Shown one piece after another: positions 15,598 to 32,007 of a stretch of DNA of 64,000 nucleotides. The notes below the pieces were generated by a model. It was not told the origin of the DNA and did not search any database. It saw only the letters and a list, made by a program, of their open reading frames with translations. This stretch comes from the human T2T-CHM13v2.0 reference genome, Homo sapiens, in the NCBI RefSeq assembly GCF_009914755.1, contig NC_060947.1. The stretch is one strand, 5' to 3'. Position numbers and translations under genes: made by a program. Numbering within the stretch: the stretch's first letter is position 1; each line of letters starts with the position of its first letter.

Positions 15598-18500
15598 ATT
15601 TTAAACATGAAAAATTAAAATTAACATCAGTTAATGAAATCTAAAAAAAATTAAATAGCAATTGAAGAATTCTGTTGTTTGAAAGGAAAAAATGTAATAC
15701 GTCCCTGGCAAGACTGATCAAAGGAATTTAAAAAAGACATATATTATCAATAGCAGGAATGTAGACGGAACCATCCCTAGGATACTGGAGATACATACAT
15801 TATGTTATAAGCAAATTTATGCCAATAAACTTGAAATTCATGAAATGAGAGAAACAAAAATATAGCAAAATAGTTAAACCAGGAAATCTCAACGATTTTA
15901 TATCTAATCAAAAGCTGTATCTTTATAAGAAAAACCTTCCAACAAATAAATTATTTGTTGGTGCCTAAATTCCTGATGTTTCTCATGTAATTGAGAATTA
16001 AATAACACCAATATTGGACAACCACTTTACACAGGAGAGAAACAGTAAAAACTCTGCCCAAAATGCTTTATAAGACCTCTATAAACTTGATACCAAACTA
16101 ATAAGGACATTATATAAAAGGAAAACCAAAGGTTTGTATGCCTAATGACAAACACAAAAAACTAAATAAAAGTAACATTTTATATTTGACAAACAGAATC
16201 TAAAGATACTTCAATTATAATTAACCTTGAACAAATTGGCTTTAACACAAGAATGGATTCTTGTTGCTTTGTTTTCAAATCAAACAATCTTGACAAAGAA
16301 ATGAAACTATGCCATTACAACAGCAATTACAGAAAGTCATTTCACATAATTAGCCACTTAAGAGATTTAAAAAAAATAAAAAATAAAAACTGCAGCATAT
16401 ATAATCAGTGGTGAAAAACTGAAGAACTTCTCCCTCAGGTGAAAAAAGAGACAAGGATGTCTACTGTCACCAATTCTATTCAGCATTTTAGGGAAAATTT
16501 GGTTCAGGGCAACAATACAAAAAAAAGAAAAAGACATAAATATTGAAACCCATAAACTGTACCCCATGTCTATATACAGACTGCATAATTATGCTTCCAG
16601 AGTATCTAAAAGCAATCTGTAAGCAATGTATTACAACTAATAAGTAAATATTTCAAGATTGATAGGTAACATACATTTAAACAAACACTTTTTTTTCTAA
16701 GAATAGCAATTCTTAATAAACCGTTCATACACATCATAAGAAATGACACAAAAACCCCACTGGACAAGGTTATATTTTTAAGGCTTTTTCTATATATTTA
16801 GCAGTCATTATAACCCTGAATATTGCTACTTTTTTCTAATACAGAGACTCCAAAATATAAACCAAACTTTATAAGAAACTTGACATTTAATCCAAATGAA
16901 ACAATAAAAAGGGCATTCTTTGTGTAATTTTTCCTATGGTCCTTAGTCTAATCATCTCACTGACTAAATAGAGATTAGCTTCTTTAAAGTAAGTCACAAG
17001 TATTTTCTCTACAAAATTTGTTTATATATTTTTTCTTATTCTTTTCCACTGTTTTCTAGTTCTTTTAGCATGATTTCTTAACTGTTTGTATATTACCTTA
17101 AAAGTAAAAAACAGGAAAAAAAATAACTACAGTTGTTTAGAAAACAATCACTAGAAAACAATCACATGCCACTATGTGACTACTTCTTTAATTTCCTTGC
17201 GCTATGTAAAAATTTATCTTATGTTTGGTGTAAAATTTTCAAAAAATGCACATGAATATATCCTCTCGGAAGTAACCATGATATCAGTAAAGTGTGTCTA
17301 AGAACAGATATTCACATAAATTGGCATTTACATAATATATGTATATACATATGCGCACATGTGAAATTATAATTTGCTTTACTTTTTACCAGCAATATAT
17401 TGTGGAAATATCATCTGGAAGTATATAAGATCTATTAGATTGGTTGCATAGCTACATAATATCCACAGAATGAAAACAATGTAATTTATTGAAAAGTAGC
17501 TCTTTTGCCAATTTTGTAACCACACATTTATGCTTGTTAGTGGCTGTACTGGATACAGTCTTAAAAGGCAAATTATTATTTTAGAAAGCAGGTGAAAAAC
17601 TACTTTGTTAATGCTAAATTAATTTCCAAAAACCCAGTACTATATTATACTCCCTCAATAATCTGGTATCAAGATAAAGGATAATTTTTTATTTAATTTG
17701 CATTATTATGCATAGTTAATAGCATTAATGAAAATGTATGCTTACTTTATGTAAAATGATGAATTTTAATATTTCACTTGTTAGTTTATAATTTATTTAA
17801 TATACTAAAAATTTTATATATCAAACCTGTGCATATACTGTTTACGTTCACATATGTTCCATATATTGCCAGTTACTGAATCGATTCCTATATGTATTAT
17901 ATTTACATAAATCATTCCAGATATGCAATATAATTTGCCAAAGCAATAATTTTGCTATAGATCATACAAATGTCACTTCATTATTCTTTATAGTTTTAAT
18001 TTCTTCTCACACATTTTCTCATGCATGCCAACATTAACAACAAATGAGCAATTATAAAAACGATTTTTATATTTTTCTTGGGAATGTGTTTAAATTATAT
18101 TATTTTGGATATAATTCGTAGATATGTATACATTTTAATAAAAATTAGACATTTATCCCATGATTTTCTTTTGCTTTTGCTGTTGCTGTCAATCAAGTAA
18201 ATTATATTTTTATTTACAGAAATGAAATATTTAGATTGACCATATAGGCATTGGACTTTTAAAACTATTTTATTATTAACCTACATATTAGATATCTATA
18301 TGAAATACAAAAAAAAAAATCAGTGAAGTGAACAAATGCATACCAACTGAAAACTTCTGAGAAATAAAGATATATTACCTATCCTAGAACGATGACTTAA
18401 AATTCGGCTTCCTTCTGAACAGAATCCATAATCAGAAAAAATGGAGCAGAATCTTCTCAACGCTGAAAGAAAAATTAAAACTATTAACCCAGATTCTATA

Positions 18501-18653
18501 TCCAGCAAAATTATCTTTACAAACTGATTAGCCAGGCAAACAAACCTGAGAAAATGTATTGCTTGACAAGCTATAATTCATGTTGCTACACTCACGAGAT
18601 GAAAATTGAGAAGGAAGAAAATTCGAGAAGAGCACGAGGCTCGAGGGATAAGG

Positions 18654-18672
18654 TGGCGCCCTCTGCTGGTAG
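18654..18672 (-). promoter_or_regulatory. Candidate CTCF binding site
   Basis: Minus strand reads CTACCAGCAGAGGGCGCCA, matching the CTCF core CC(A/G)(C/G)(C/T)AG(A/G)(G/T)GGC(G/A). It lies in a patch with 8 CpGs in ~220 bp. Binding is inferred from the motif only. Confidence 0.65.
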
Positions 18673-19633
18673 CAGTTGCTAATGGCAGTCGGCTGGAATT
18701 TCAGCCTAGCAATTTACCTATAGCATCACACAACTGCTGCGTTAGGTTGGGTATGAAAGGGTCACTAAGCTTGGTCCAGAATCCATGTGTGGCCATAAAC
18801 CCTATCTCTCGAAGGCAGAGGGTGTAAAAAATGTGTGGGCATGTTTATAATTTGCAATAAACAAAAATTTAAAGGAGAAAATTAAATTGAATTAAAAATA
18901 TTAAATAAACACAAATGTAGCCATGAAAGGAGAAATAGAGAAATAAAAAGAGATGAAAAAATAGAAAATAAATGGCAACACTGTCAAGTTGAAATCAAAC
19001 TATATTAATAAAAACATTAGTTTTTAAAAGCTTAAACATTCCAACTAAAATGCATACATTTTGAGACTAGAAAAGAAGCAAGTCTCAATTATTTGCTGTT
19101 TATATGAGACGCAATTTAAATTGAAAGACACAGTAAGGTTGAAAGTAATAGTATAAAAAATAATGTGCAATGTAAAATTAAGCATAAGAAAACTGGAATG
19201 TGTACATTAATGCCAAACAAAGTAGATGTCCAGGAAAGGAAAGTAACTAGAAATAAAGAAGAACATTTCATTATCATTAAAGGATCTATTCATCAGGAAT
19301 GGAAGAAACACAATATTTACATATGTCATAATTACAGAATCTGGAAACAGAGACAAAATATAAGTGATTATATGTTAATAAATTTGAAATTATGTAAAAT
19401 GTAGAACTCTGAATAAACCCAACTTAATGAAAAATAAAACTGAGAAAATTTGCATAGTCTCATTAAGTAAATTACATCTATAATGAAAAATTCCCTATAA
19501 GTGAGTCCTATGCTCTGGTGATCGAATTGGTGAATTTTCCCCTATAACTGAGAAATAAATTACATCGATCTTATACAAAAGTAGCAGAAAATAAAAGCAG
19601 TAGGCAACTCCTCTAAATGATTTAAGAGTTCTG

Positions 19634-19960
<327 letters not shown>

Positions 19961-19995
19961 TTACACCAAACTGACAAAGATATCACATGAAAAGG

Positions 19996-19996
<1 letters not shown>

Positions 19997-20048
<52 letters not shown>
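19997..20048. repeat. (TA)n(CA)n microsatellite
   Basis: Visible dinucleotide run. Confidence 0.95.
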
Positions 20049-21089
20049 TCTCATGAACAAATGAAAAAAAAAGTTTAACAAACTGAATCCAAAGTTACAT
20101 TAAATCTGATACACTATAAATAAATTAGGTTTTATCCCAGAGTGAATTCTTGTTGCAATAAACACTTTGAAATCACAAAAGTTCAGTAAAACATAGAAAT
20201 ATATAATAATATTGTGATTATAAGTGCAAAAACTAACATATCACCCACTTAATATTAGAAAAAAATCATAAAATTGTAGCTAATATCATAATCAGTGGTG
20301 AAATATTCAAATCTTTCCCTGAGATCAGGAATGAGAAAAAGATTCCTACTATCACCAGTTCTATTCAACATTTATGTATGCAATAATACAAGAAAAAAAA
20401 GACATACAGATGGGAAAGGAAGAAATTAACTGCCATTATTCACATACTGAATGTTTATATTTCTAGACTAACATCAGTGTATATATTATATGTTAGAATT
20501 AATTAATTTAGCAATTACTGGATATATGGTTAATATAAAAATAAACTGTAACTGTATTTCCAAATTCCTGCAACAATTAGAAGATTAAATTAATTAAAGA
20601 TACCGTTTACAACAACACCAAGATTATCAAAATCTTAGGTAAAATTTTAATGAAAGCTGAGCAATATATTTACATACCAAACTATAGAAAATTATTCAGA
20701 TGAATTAAATCGAGATATTAACAATTGAATGGTGAACAATGTTTATTAAATGGAAGATGTAGTTTTTTTAAGGTGATCAATTCTTCCCACTTTGAAGCAT
20801 ATGTAATCTCATTCAACACGAACCCAAGTCAAATCCCAGCAGTAATTCAGCATATTCTATAAATCATTAAATTTAAAAGTTGGACAAATGGAGAGAATTA
20901 ACAGAAAGTTCGATTTCAGTCAGATAGAATGAAAAAAGACCTATTGGTGAAAGATTAGGGCAATTTGGAACATTGTGATTTCCTGCCACTAGAGTTGGTG
21001 CATGAATTATACAGTACCTTGGTGTTGATATTCTATCAGGAAATTAAAGACAGGTTGATGACTTGTGACAGCTACACTTTGTATTTTAA

Positions 21090-21437
<348 letters not shown>

Positions 21438-21624
21438 TCAAGAATTAATCTTTTAAACCACAGGGAGAATTATCATTTTTATGAAGACTTCAAAATGGCA
21501 TGCTTATACAGAAGGTGGGATGTATAATTCACTGCACATTTAAACGTTAGCCTTTTTATGGAATACTGGAAATTATGTGCAGGATTTTGCCCTATATGTG
21601 GTAAAAGGAATGGATGTACTTTGG

Positions 21625-21760
21625 TTTTACTTTGCATGTTTGGAAAAAAGACACTAAGGTCATAGAAGCAAAGAGATTTTCCCAAGTTTATAAGGAGAAT
21701 AGCAGAATCGAACCGAAGAATCATCCTTCTATAACCTAGTCCTGAGCATTGCACTATCCT
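21625..21760 (-). mobile_element. Degenerate MIR
   Basis: Resembles the MIR core (aaagacactaaggtcatagaagcaaagagattttcccaag versus gaaactgaggctcagagaggttaagtgacttgcccaag). Confidence 0.5.
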
Positions 21761-22180
21761 ATTTCCATATTCAATATACCATTTATCAACAAGCGTTAAT
21801 TTTTTAAATGGGAGGCAAACACATTCAAAATTATCAGAATCATTTCCTCAAACTTGAATTATATGCTATAACTGGGCTCTAATCTCGTCCATATCACAAA
21901 TATTGTTATGATTTCTCTGAGATGTAATCACACACAAATTGAACATTGTACTTTAAGAAATTGCTTCTGGAAGCTGTTTTTTCTTATACACTACATGCTT
22001 CATTTTCAATATATGCAATTACAAAGTGCTTTTTTTTCTTTAGCAATATGTCGATCAATGAATATACACCATTCACTAATTTTGATGGTACTTAAGTGGT
22101 TCTCTGCCATTGATGATGGTCCTGTTACATAGTTAAACATAAACGCATTTTTCTTTTTTCTTTTCTATTACTTCATGGTG

Positions 22181-22500
22181 TTGTTTTTTGTTTTGTTTTG
22201 TTTTGTTTTTGTTTTTTTGAGATGGAGTCGCCCTCTGTCATCCAGGCTGGAGTGCAGTGGCATGATCTTGGCTCACTGCAACCTCCGTCTCCTGGGTTCA
22301 AGAGATGCTCCTGCCTCAGCCTCCTGAATAGCTGAGACTACAGGCATGCACCAGCACACCTGGCTAATTTTTGTATTTTTAGTAGATACAGGGTTTCACC
22401 ATGTTGGCCAGGCTGGTCTCGAACTCCTAACCTCAGGCGATCTGCCTGCCTCAGTCTCCCAAAGTGCTGAGATTACAGGCATGAGCCACCGTGCCTGGCC
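22181..22500 (-). mobile_element. AluSx/Sz
   Basis: (TTTTG)n tail, antisense dimer, TSD tacttcatg. Confidence 0.92.
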
Positions 22501-23954
22501 TACTTCATGTTTTTAATTGAAAGACAAAATTGGATGTATTTACCATGTATAACATCATGTTTTGAAATATGTATTGTGAAATGACTAAATCTAGTTAATT
22601 AACATACACATTTTTCTGAAAATGGCAATCCTTCATAAGGTTTTTATACACATCATGAGAAAGGGCATAACAAATCTACAGGATAAAATTATAGTTGTAA
22701 GGGTATTCATATACACATGAAACGAGTCACTACAACACTGATTATTATTGTCAATTTTTCTAATATGGGAACAGGTGCACTTAATATAAGACAAACTTCA
22801 TAATACATGTTACATTTAACTCTAGTTGAACAATAAAAGGTCATTCCTTGTAGCAATTTTACTTATGACCCCTTGTATAATAATTTCACTGACTAAATAG
22901 AGGTCAGTTTTTTAAAGTGGTTCACAAATAAATTATCTCCACATAACTTGCTTATATTGTGCTTATATTGTGTCTTTTCTGTCTGTTTTCTAATTATCCT
23001 TTCTTCAAGTATAACTTTTCATCCTGTTCTGTACTATTTTAAAAAATAAGAACAAAAAGCAAAGAGCAGATGTCCAAAACAATCATTAGTCATAGGCCGT
23101 CATGTAGATATTTCTACAATTTTTCTTTAAGTAGTTGAAAATGCAGAGTGTGCTCATTGTAAAGTTTTGAAAAAGTGCAGATACATATTTCATTCTCAGA
23201 TGTAAACACGATTAGCAGTAAAGTTAGTATATGGACATAAATATATGTTAATATGCATAATATATGCATATATTTGTGCACATGACTGATGGAAATGAAA
23301 TCACAATGTGCTTTTCTTTCTTTAGCAATATGCCTTGGAGATGTTTTCTGTAAATAAACATAGGCATAACTGACTGATTGCAACAGCTGAACAGTAATCA
23401 TAGTATGGACATATAATAAGTTATTTGACAATTTCTCTATTCCCTTTTTTGTACCTACACCTTTATGCCCTTCTCTGAGTATCTGTCCAATCCTAAACGT
23501 GGAAGTACTCTGTAAAGGATATGTAACTTAAAACTCTTCTAAGGAATTTTAAATAAAGTTTCGAAGATCTAGTATCATTTCATACTCTTTACAAAAATCT
23601 ATGACCAGATATATAAATATACATATTTTTTAATGTTCTTTAAGAAATAAAGCGATATAAATTATTGTAGACAGAAAATGTTTTCTAAAAGCAGATGTTA
23701 TTGTATATTGTATAACTACCATAAAAATAAAATAGTTTGCTATAGGTAACACAGCTTTCATCTTACTATTTTATATTAATAGATCTTGCCAGTTTTCATG
23801 TAATTTCTCATCTAGGTCAACATTAGGTTCAAGTCGCCAAGTATCCAGAACAAACCATTTTGAAATTTTCTTTAGGAATATGCTTAAATAATTTTAATTT
23901 GTATACAATTCAGATCTTTTTGGTTACTGTAGTATTTTAATTTTAATTCAATTT

Positions 23955-24120
23955 AATTTTTTTAGAGATGAACTCTGCCTATGTCACCCAGGCTGGAGAG
24001 TATTGGTTATACATGAGTGCATCTGAGGTCACTGCTGCCTCGAACTCCAAGACTCAAGTGCTCCTTCTGCCTCAGCCACCCAAGTAGTTGGGATGATAGG
24101 TGCATGCCACCGTGCCCAGC
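23955..24120 (-). mobile_element. FAM-like free Alu monomer
   Basis: Single monomer keeping the extra 7SL-like segment (tattggttatacatgagtgcatc versus FAM ggctattcacaggcgcgatc). Confidence 0.7.
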
Positions 24121-24466
24121 TTAAAATTTTTTAAATTGGAATAATAAAATAATAATTTTAGATGGAATATTTTTGACTATTATTTTATTCTAACTCATTC
24201 TTTTTACTTGGCTTTCCTTCTATTGTCATTCAAATGAAGTATCCTTTGCCTTACATAGAGGAAATAATTTTAATTGAAAACTACACTTTGAAGTTTTTGA
24301 ATTATTTTATTAGAAATATATGTTTGTTATATATTTGAAATATAAATAATATTAATGAAAAAAATATATTTCCACCAGAAAGATAATATGACCAAGGCCT
24401 TAGGGGACACATGTATGCACTTTCCCAATTATATCACTCTGCTTCCTCCTAGAAACACATACGCAA

Positions 24467-24471
24467 ACACA

Positions 24472-24521
<50 letters not shown>
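24467..24521. repeat. (CA)n microsatellite
   Basis: Visible run. Confidence 0.95.
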
Positions 24522-24524
<3 letters not shown>

Positions 24525-24831
24525 CAAAATTTTGGTGTTGATCATTCCCTTGATTTTTTTAGGTTATATTTATTGTAACTATATGTCGTCTTTATTTATC
24601 CTTCAAAGCATAATACAAATGGAGAAAAGTGAAAAACTACCAACTGACCAGATCCGTATAGTTAGCCAAAAAGAACATAGCTGTATAAATAACACTTGGA
24701 TGGAGAAAGTCAGATTTCCAGAAGAATAAAAGAAATAAATCCTTTTTGCTATCTCCCATCATTATGTCTCTCCTTTTCTTTATAGTTAACCACAGCTCTG
24801 ACTCCTAACAACTTAAACTGACTTTTCCTCT

Positions 24832-25379
24832 TGTGAAGGAAAGGAATAAGAGCAGGCTTGTAACTATTCTCTAACAGAAATGCCTGAAAAAGTTAATGAC
24901 TTTCTAGTAAAGGTGCTGACATAATAACTCTTTGTAAACCTGCTAATAGATATTACTATTTTACCAGGATGTACTTTTTCTGTCTAGGTTGTTTATTATA
25001 AACAACCCTGGAAGTTATGGATCTATACAGATTCACTGGCTGAAGAATAAAATATAGTGCAATTAATGGAGACTGTGTAATTAACACTGTAAAATGGGAT
25101 GAGCCAAAAAATTAAATGACTCCCTTTTTAAAATAATATTTTCACACACATTACTCAACACAACTCATCTTTTATTGTAAAACAAAATCACATCCTGATG
25201 TGGAAGAAAAACAGCACAAGGAGGGGCTGTTTCTGATGCTTTCATGACCTCAAAAAATATAATGTTTTATATTTTGACTGGATGTTTGCCTCTATTACCT
25301 AAATCACAAATAAAATGTGGTGTAAGAGCTGCCACTCATGTGAGTCTGATTTCAAAACACAACTCTTTGTAACAACACA
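24832..25379 (+). mobile_element. Solo LTR-like insertion, family not assigned
   Basis: Starts tgtgaagg, ends acaca and has aataaa near the 3' end. It interrupts a minus-strand L1ME-like tract, with cctct / cctgt flanks. Confidence 0.5.
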
Positions 25380-26474
25380 CCTGTTTTGGAAACTCACATG
25401 AATAGTTCCAGACAATTATTATTTTTGTATGTGTGAATTTCTTTGCTCAACGATATGGCCATGAGATTTATCTAAGTTGTATACAGAAGTTTGTTCATAT
25501 TCATTGCTGCATGGTATTACATTGTGTGATATACCATATTTTACCCATTTTTAGAGATGGTGATTTAATTTCTAGGTTGTGTCCAGTTTGGGCTATTAGG
25601 AATTAGCGTTTCTATATGCCTTTTGGCACATGTTAACTTTTAGGATGATTATATGACAGAGAGAATTACTGTCATACTGAATGTTCATATTCAGCTTAAT
25701 AGAACCTGCCAAAACTTTGCCAGAGTCCTAACTCCAATTTCTCCTCCCACAAACAGTGTATGAGAGTTTCTCATAGACATAAGGTATTGTCAGGGTGAGA
25801 GCCTCATGTTTGCCCAGGCCCTATGGGTGGGGAAAATTCTCCTGTGGCGGGGAGTTTGAAACCAAGCAGATCATGACGGTGTAACTGCACTGATGAGACA
25901 GAGATGGAAATTTGGGGGCTGTTAATGCAGCTGTGATTTACCTGGTAGGGCACTGAAGATGGAGGAGCTATGCACAGAACGAGGACAGAAGTCAATGTGG
26001 GAGTTCGAAATAGGTCATTGTTAAAGGGCTAGGCTGCACATGTGCACAAGACTCATCAAGGCCCAGCAGAGCATGAATGTGAGGTTAAATGAAGAACAAA
26101 AATACCAGAGGTCTTACAGTGTTCAAAGACTGTGGGGTTCTGGCCTAGCTAGAGTAGAAAAAATATCTGGTCATTTAACATATGTTTATGTAGAGTGCAA
26201 GTTGAAGAGGTACAGGAATGAAGCAGAAAAAAATATATATGCTTTGAGGAAAAGTGACGAAATATTCCTTTGTTTTGTTAAATAAAGCCAAACTGCAGAT
26301 CCAAGACCACTGAAATCGAAGCATGTTAAATAGAAATAGATGTGCACGTGGGTACTCACATTTAAACTACTGAGAGACAAACATTTTTAAGAAATTAAAA
26401 TTTCGAGAGGAATTCAGATACATTTCCTACCTGGGAATGATGAATTAAATTTCCTACCTGGGAATGATGGCTTC

Positions 26475-26878
26475 TGGTATGGTTTGGATCTGTGTTCCCA
26501 CCCAAATCTCATGTTCAACTGCAATCCCCAGTTTGGAGGCGGAGCCTGGTGGGCAGTGATTGGAACATGGGGGCAGAGTTCTCATGAAAGGTTTAGTACC
26601 ATCCCCTCTGGTACTGTATAGTGACTAAGTTCTGAAGAGATCTGGTTGTTTAACAGTGTGTAACACCTCCCCTCTCTCTCGATCCTACTCCTGCCATGTA
26701 AGACTCCTGTTCTTGCTTTGCCTTCTACCATGAGTCAAAGCTCCCTGAGGCCTCCCCAGAAGCAGATGCCACCATGCTTCCTGTACAGCCCATGGAACCG
26801 TGGGCCAATTAAACCTCTTTTCCTTATAAATTACCCAGTCTCAGGTATATCTATAGAAATGCAGGAACGCACTAATAA
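26475..26878 (+). mobile_element. MSTA-type MaLR solo LTR
   Basis: tggtatggtttggatctgtg...attaaacctcttttccttataaattacccagtctcagg...actaata. It interrupts array module A, which is uninterrupted in other copies. Confidence 0.9.
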
Positions 26879-27655
26879 TGGCTTGCTTCTCAACAGAATC
26901 CATGGAGACTGGAGAAAATGTGGCCGAATTTTTCCAATGTCGAAGGAAAAAAATAATAAGACCGTCAACTCAAAACCATCTAGCAAAATTATCCTTCCAA
27001 ACTGAGACTGAAATAAGACACATCCACACAATCAAACCTGAGACAATTTGTTGCTGGATGACCTGAAATATAAGTAATACCGCAAGATCTTCAGGATGAA
27101 AGAAAACGACACCTCATGGAAATTAAGAACTACAGGAAGGTAAGAGGTGCACTGGAGAGGGAAAAAGACAACTATTCTTTACTTTTGCAATGTATCCGAC
27201 TCTATGAAGCAAAAATGGTAAATAGTATTGTATATGTGAAATATAAGACATAGCATAAATGAAAGGGGATTAGTCAAAATGTAGTGTTGTGAGGCTATAT
27301 TTACATGGGGTGGTATTATCATAATTCAAAGTAGACCAAAATAATATAAAGAATCATATGCCAATTCTTGGAGCAAGAGTTAAGTATGATACAAGAAGGT
27401 GTAAGTTCCTTCTAGTACTGTGGCTACACAGAAAATTATCCCCAAGTTTATCTTTAATGAATACTTCTTATTTACTCATTTTTTTTTCACTAGGTTGTAC
27501 GTCGATGAAGCACTAACATCATATGGTCCATACCAGGCACATGTTGTGAACTGAAGAAATATTTATGGAGTAAATAATGAAATATTTAAATGAAGTAGAA
27601 TGAAATGAAAAATGATGCTCTCCTTGGGACAATTATTTGCCCTGAAATAAATTTA

Positions 27656-28246
<591 letters not shown>

Positions 28247-29830
28247 TTATATATTATATAAATATATAATTATGTATTATATACATATGTTATATATTAT
28301 ACATAATTACCCCTATATATATGTGTATACGGGTAATTAGCTAGAGGAAAAAACGACTACAAATTATAAACATATTTTATGAAATAGTGGTTGTACAGAT
28401 CTTACAGCCCAACCACGCTGAGAAAAACTGGGAAAGGGAAGCTTCAAACACGTGTTAGAAAGCACCACAAATGCAAGAAAATAATTATTTAAAGAGACAG
28501 GGTCTGAATTAGAAGATAATTCCAGGTGGGGATACTCAAATTTGGTACCCCTTTTATGCTCGACAGTTTTGCTAATTCAAAGGTGAATGAGAAGCCGAGA
28601 TACTAAGCAATAAGTTGAAGCTGAGAAGTTAAGCAGCTGGTGAGAGCTTTCGGCAGTTTCACCATCCCAGGAGACACACTTGGACCTGAGGGTGCACCAA
28701 TGAGAAGAGGTTCTGAAAAACACAGTGGTTCATTTGTCAACCCTGAGGGGCTATGACCTAAATGTCTATGTGTGTCAGAAAGAGAACATTCCTGACAAAA
28801 TCTGAGACCCAGGTTCTCAATTCCTGATTGCTATGAGGTAAACTGTTTCCACGTTAACAGGCTCTCAAAAGCAAAAGTATTATATATAACTGCTGGCCTC
28901 CAATTATCTCCATAGTATTTAATACAGATAATTCAGATTGCAATACAAAACAATCACACATGCAAGATATAAATGGGAATTAAAGGATTAGCATCAGGCC
29001 TGCAATCCATTTTCTCCGTTTATTGGTATGCCTGGGAAAGAAAGAACAATGACTTAGTTACATCCATGTAATTTAGAGCGACAGCGAGATATCATTATAC
29101 ACTCAGAAGAGGTACAGTTAAAAATACCGACCATGATGTTGTACACCTTAAATTTATACAATAAAAAATAATATTGACCATTGCGAGTGCTGGCAAGGAT
29201 GCAGAGCAACTGCAAGTCTCACATACTGCTGGTCGGGTGTACCAAGGTGTAATCATACAGCAAAACACTTTGACATTTTCTAAAATAATTTAAAGATGCA
29301 CCAATCATATGCTACAGCCATTCCATTCCTTGAAGCATATCCAAGCAAAATAAAATTACATGTCCATACAAAGACATGTGTAGGAATTTTTAACTCACGG
29401 GAAAGGGGTTGGGGCTTGAGCAGGACTAAGAAGGGAGAAATATAAAAATGCTGAAGGAATCTTGGATGTGGGAGATGTTCACATTTTCTTGATTGTGGAT
29501 ATTGTTTCACAAGTATATGCCCATTTTAACACTTATATTGTTAATTTAAATGTTGTCCAGATTATTTTAGGTCAAATATGTCTTCATGAAACTGTCACAA
29601 ACTGTGTATAGAATGTACCAAAATATATGTCTAAAGGAAATTATACAGCACTTAATGCAGGAGAAGAAATGTGGAAAATTTAAGATCTGATAATCAGCCT
29701 TAAAGAAATGAAAAACAAGTGGTAATTTAGTATAGAAAATAATACAAATGAAACAGTAACACAAAAATAAGAGAAGAAATTTTGAACAAAATTACAAAGA
29801 GAAGATCTGCACATTCAAAAGTTGGTTTTC

Positions 29831-30197
<367 letters not shown>

Positions 30198-31695
30198 TCA
30201 AGAAGCAAAGAAGGCTCACATTACCAATACGCAGAATGGCAGAATGTAGACGGGATAATTTTTACTAAACCTGGAAATGTACACATAATATATGAGCAGA
30301 TTCATTTCAATATATTTGAAATTACACAAAATGATGAAATTCAGAGTTAAACACATATAAGATCAAAACCCTTAAGAAATGCAAATAGTCCAATATCAAT
30401 CAATGAAATTTTGCCTAGTGAAAAATCCTTCCTAAAAATAATTTCCATTTCCTGGTTCCCTAAGCCATGAACTTTTCCATACAACGAAGAAAGACATAAA
30501 ATCAATTCTACACAAGATCTTCCTCAGGATAGAAAGGGCAAAGGCACACCCCAAAATGTTTTATGAGATCTGTGTAAATTTTACACAAAACTATAAAGCA
30601 CATTATAAGAGAAGATAAGCTTCGCTTTATATCTCTTGTGGTAAACAGTAACAACAAAAATTACTGTGATTTCTTTACATTTATCATTGTTTACAAAACC
30701 TCTGGAAAAAAAAAAAATTTATTTCTGACAAACGAAATACTAACATACATCAGACATGATGTATCTTACAGCACTGTTCATGCAACCTGAACAATTTGCG
30801 TTTAATAAAAAACTGAGTTATTGTAGATTTAACACTTAGATACCAACCAATTTTAACAAAAAGGAACGTAATTTTGTCATATCAATATAGAGAAACCATT
30901 TGACAAATTTTACCAGTCACTTATTATTTAAAAAATAACCTGAAGAACTGGAGAATATTATGATTAGTGTTGAAATACTGAGAACCTTCTCCCTGAGATC
31001 AGGAATGAGAAAAGGATACTTACCATCACCAGTTCTATTCAACATTTTATAGAGGTCATTTCCTGTAAATGTAATCTTACAACAGGACAGAAATGCAATA
31101 TATATAAAAATTTGTAAGGGAGAAATGAAATCAACTTTATTCACAAAGAGCATGATGATGTTTATAAGCTAAAAGGAACCTGTAGGTAATAACATTAGAA
31201 TTTCTTAGATAATTTAGCAGATTTGTTGGATTCCATTCAGTTAAACATAATGTTCTAAGAATATTAATTCTTACTAGACTTTTATACACAATATAAGAAA
31301 TGGCATGAATACCTTACAAAATAAGGCCATATTTTTTCTATATACTTATCAGATAAAACTTTAAAGTTATTATAATCCTGATTACTGTCATCATTTTTTC
31401 TGATAACATGGTAACAGAGGCTCTGGTATCTTATTAACAGAAGCTCCCCGGTATGTAAGACACAATTTGCAATACATTTGATACTTAGAATCTAAGTGGA
31501 ACAATAAAAAGCATTATGTGTGACAATTTTACCTATGGCCAATTGTTTAATGAGCTCACTGACTCACCACAGGTTCAGCCTATTTTCAGTGATTCCCAAT
31601 TTATTTTTTTCTCCACATATCTTTTCTTGTATTATTTCTCAGCATATGTTTTTCTTTTTAACTCTTTTCTAAATCTGTGTATGAGACTAACTTCT

Positions 31696-32007
31696 GGCAA
31701 GGCCTGGTGACTCATGCCTGTGAGAGGTTTGGGAGGCCAACATGGGAAGACTGCTTGAGGCCAGGAGTTCAAGACCAGCCTGGGCAACATAACGAGACAC
31801 TATCTCTACAAAAAACAAACAAAAAAACCACCACCAACAACAACAAAATAGTTGTGGTGGTGCGTGCCTGTACTATCTACTCGGAAGGCTGAGGTGGGAG
31901 AATAGCTTGAGCCCAGGAGTTCGAGGCTGTAGTGGGCTATGATGTCAGCACCGCACTCCAGCCTGGGTGACAGAGAAACCTTGTCTTGAAAAGCAAAAAA
32001 CAAAAAA
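31696..32007 (+). mobile_element. AluJ
   Basis: J-type dimer, TSD actaa(c/t)ttc. Confidence 0.88.

Noticed and set aside
26422-26469. 21-bp direct repeat atttcctacctgggaatgatg with a short spacer
   Set aside because: Only two copies; a local slippage duplication beside the MST insertion, not an array or CRISPR-like structure.
28304-28339. Small hairpin taattaccc...gggtaatta
   Set aside because: It is embedded in a TA-rich microsatellite tract where such fold-backs arise easily, and it is not seen in other units.
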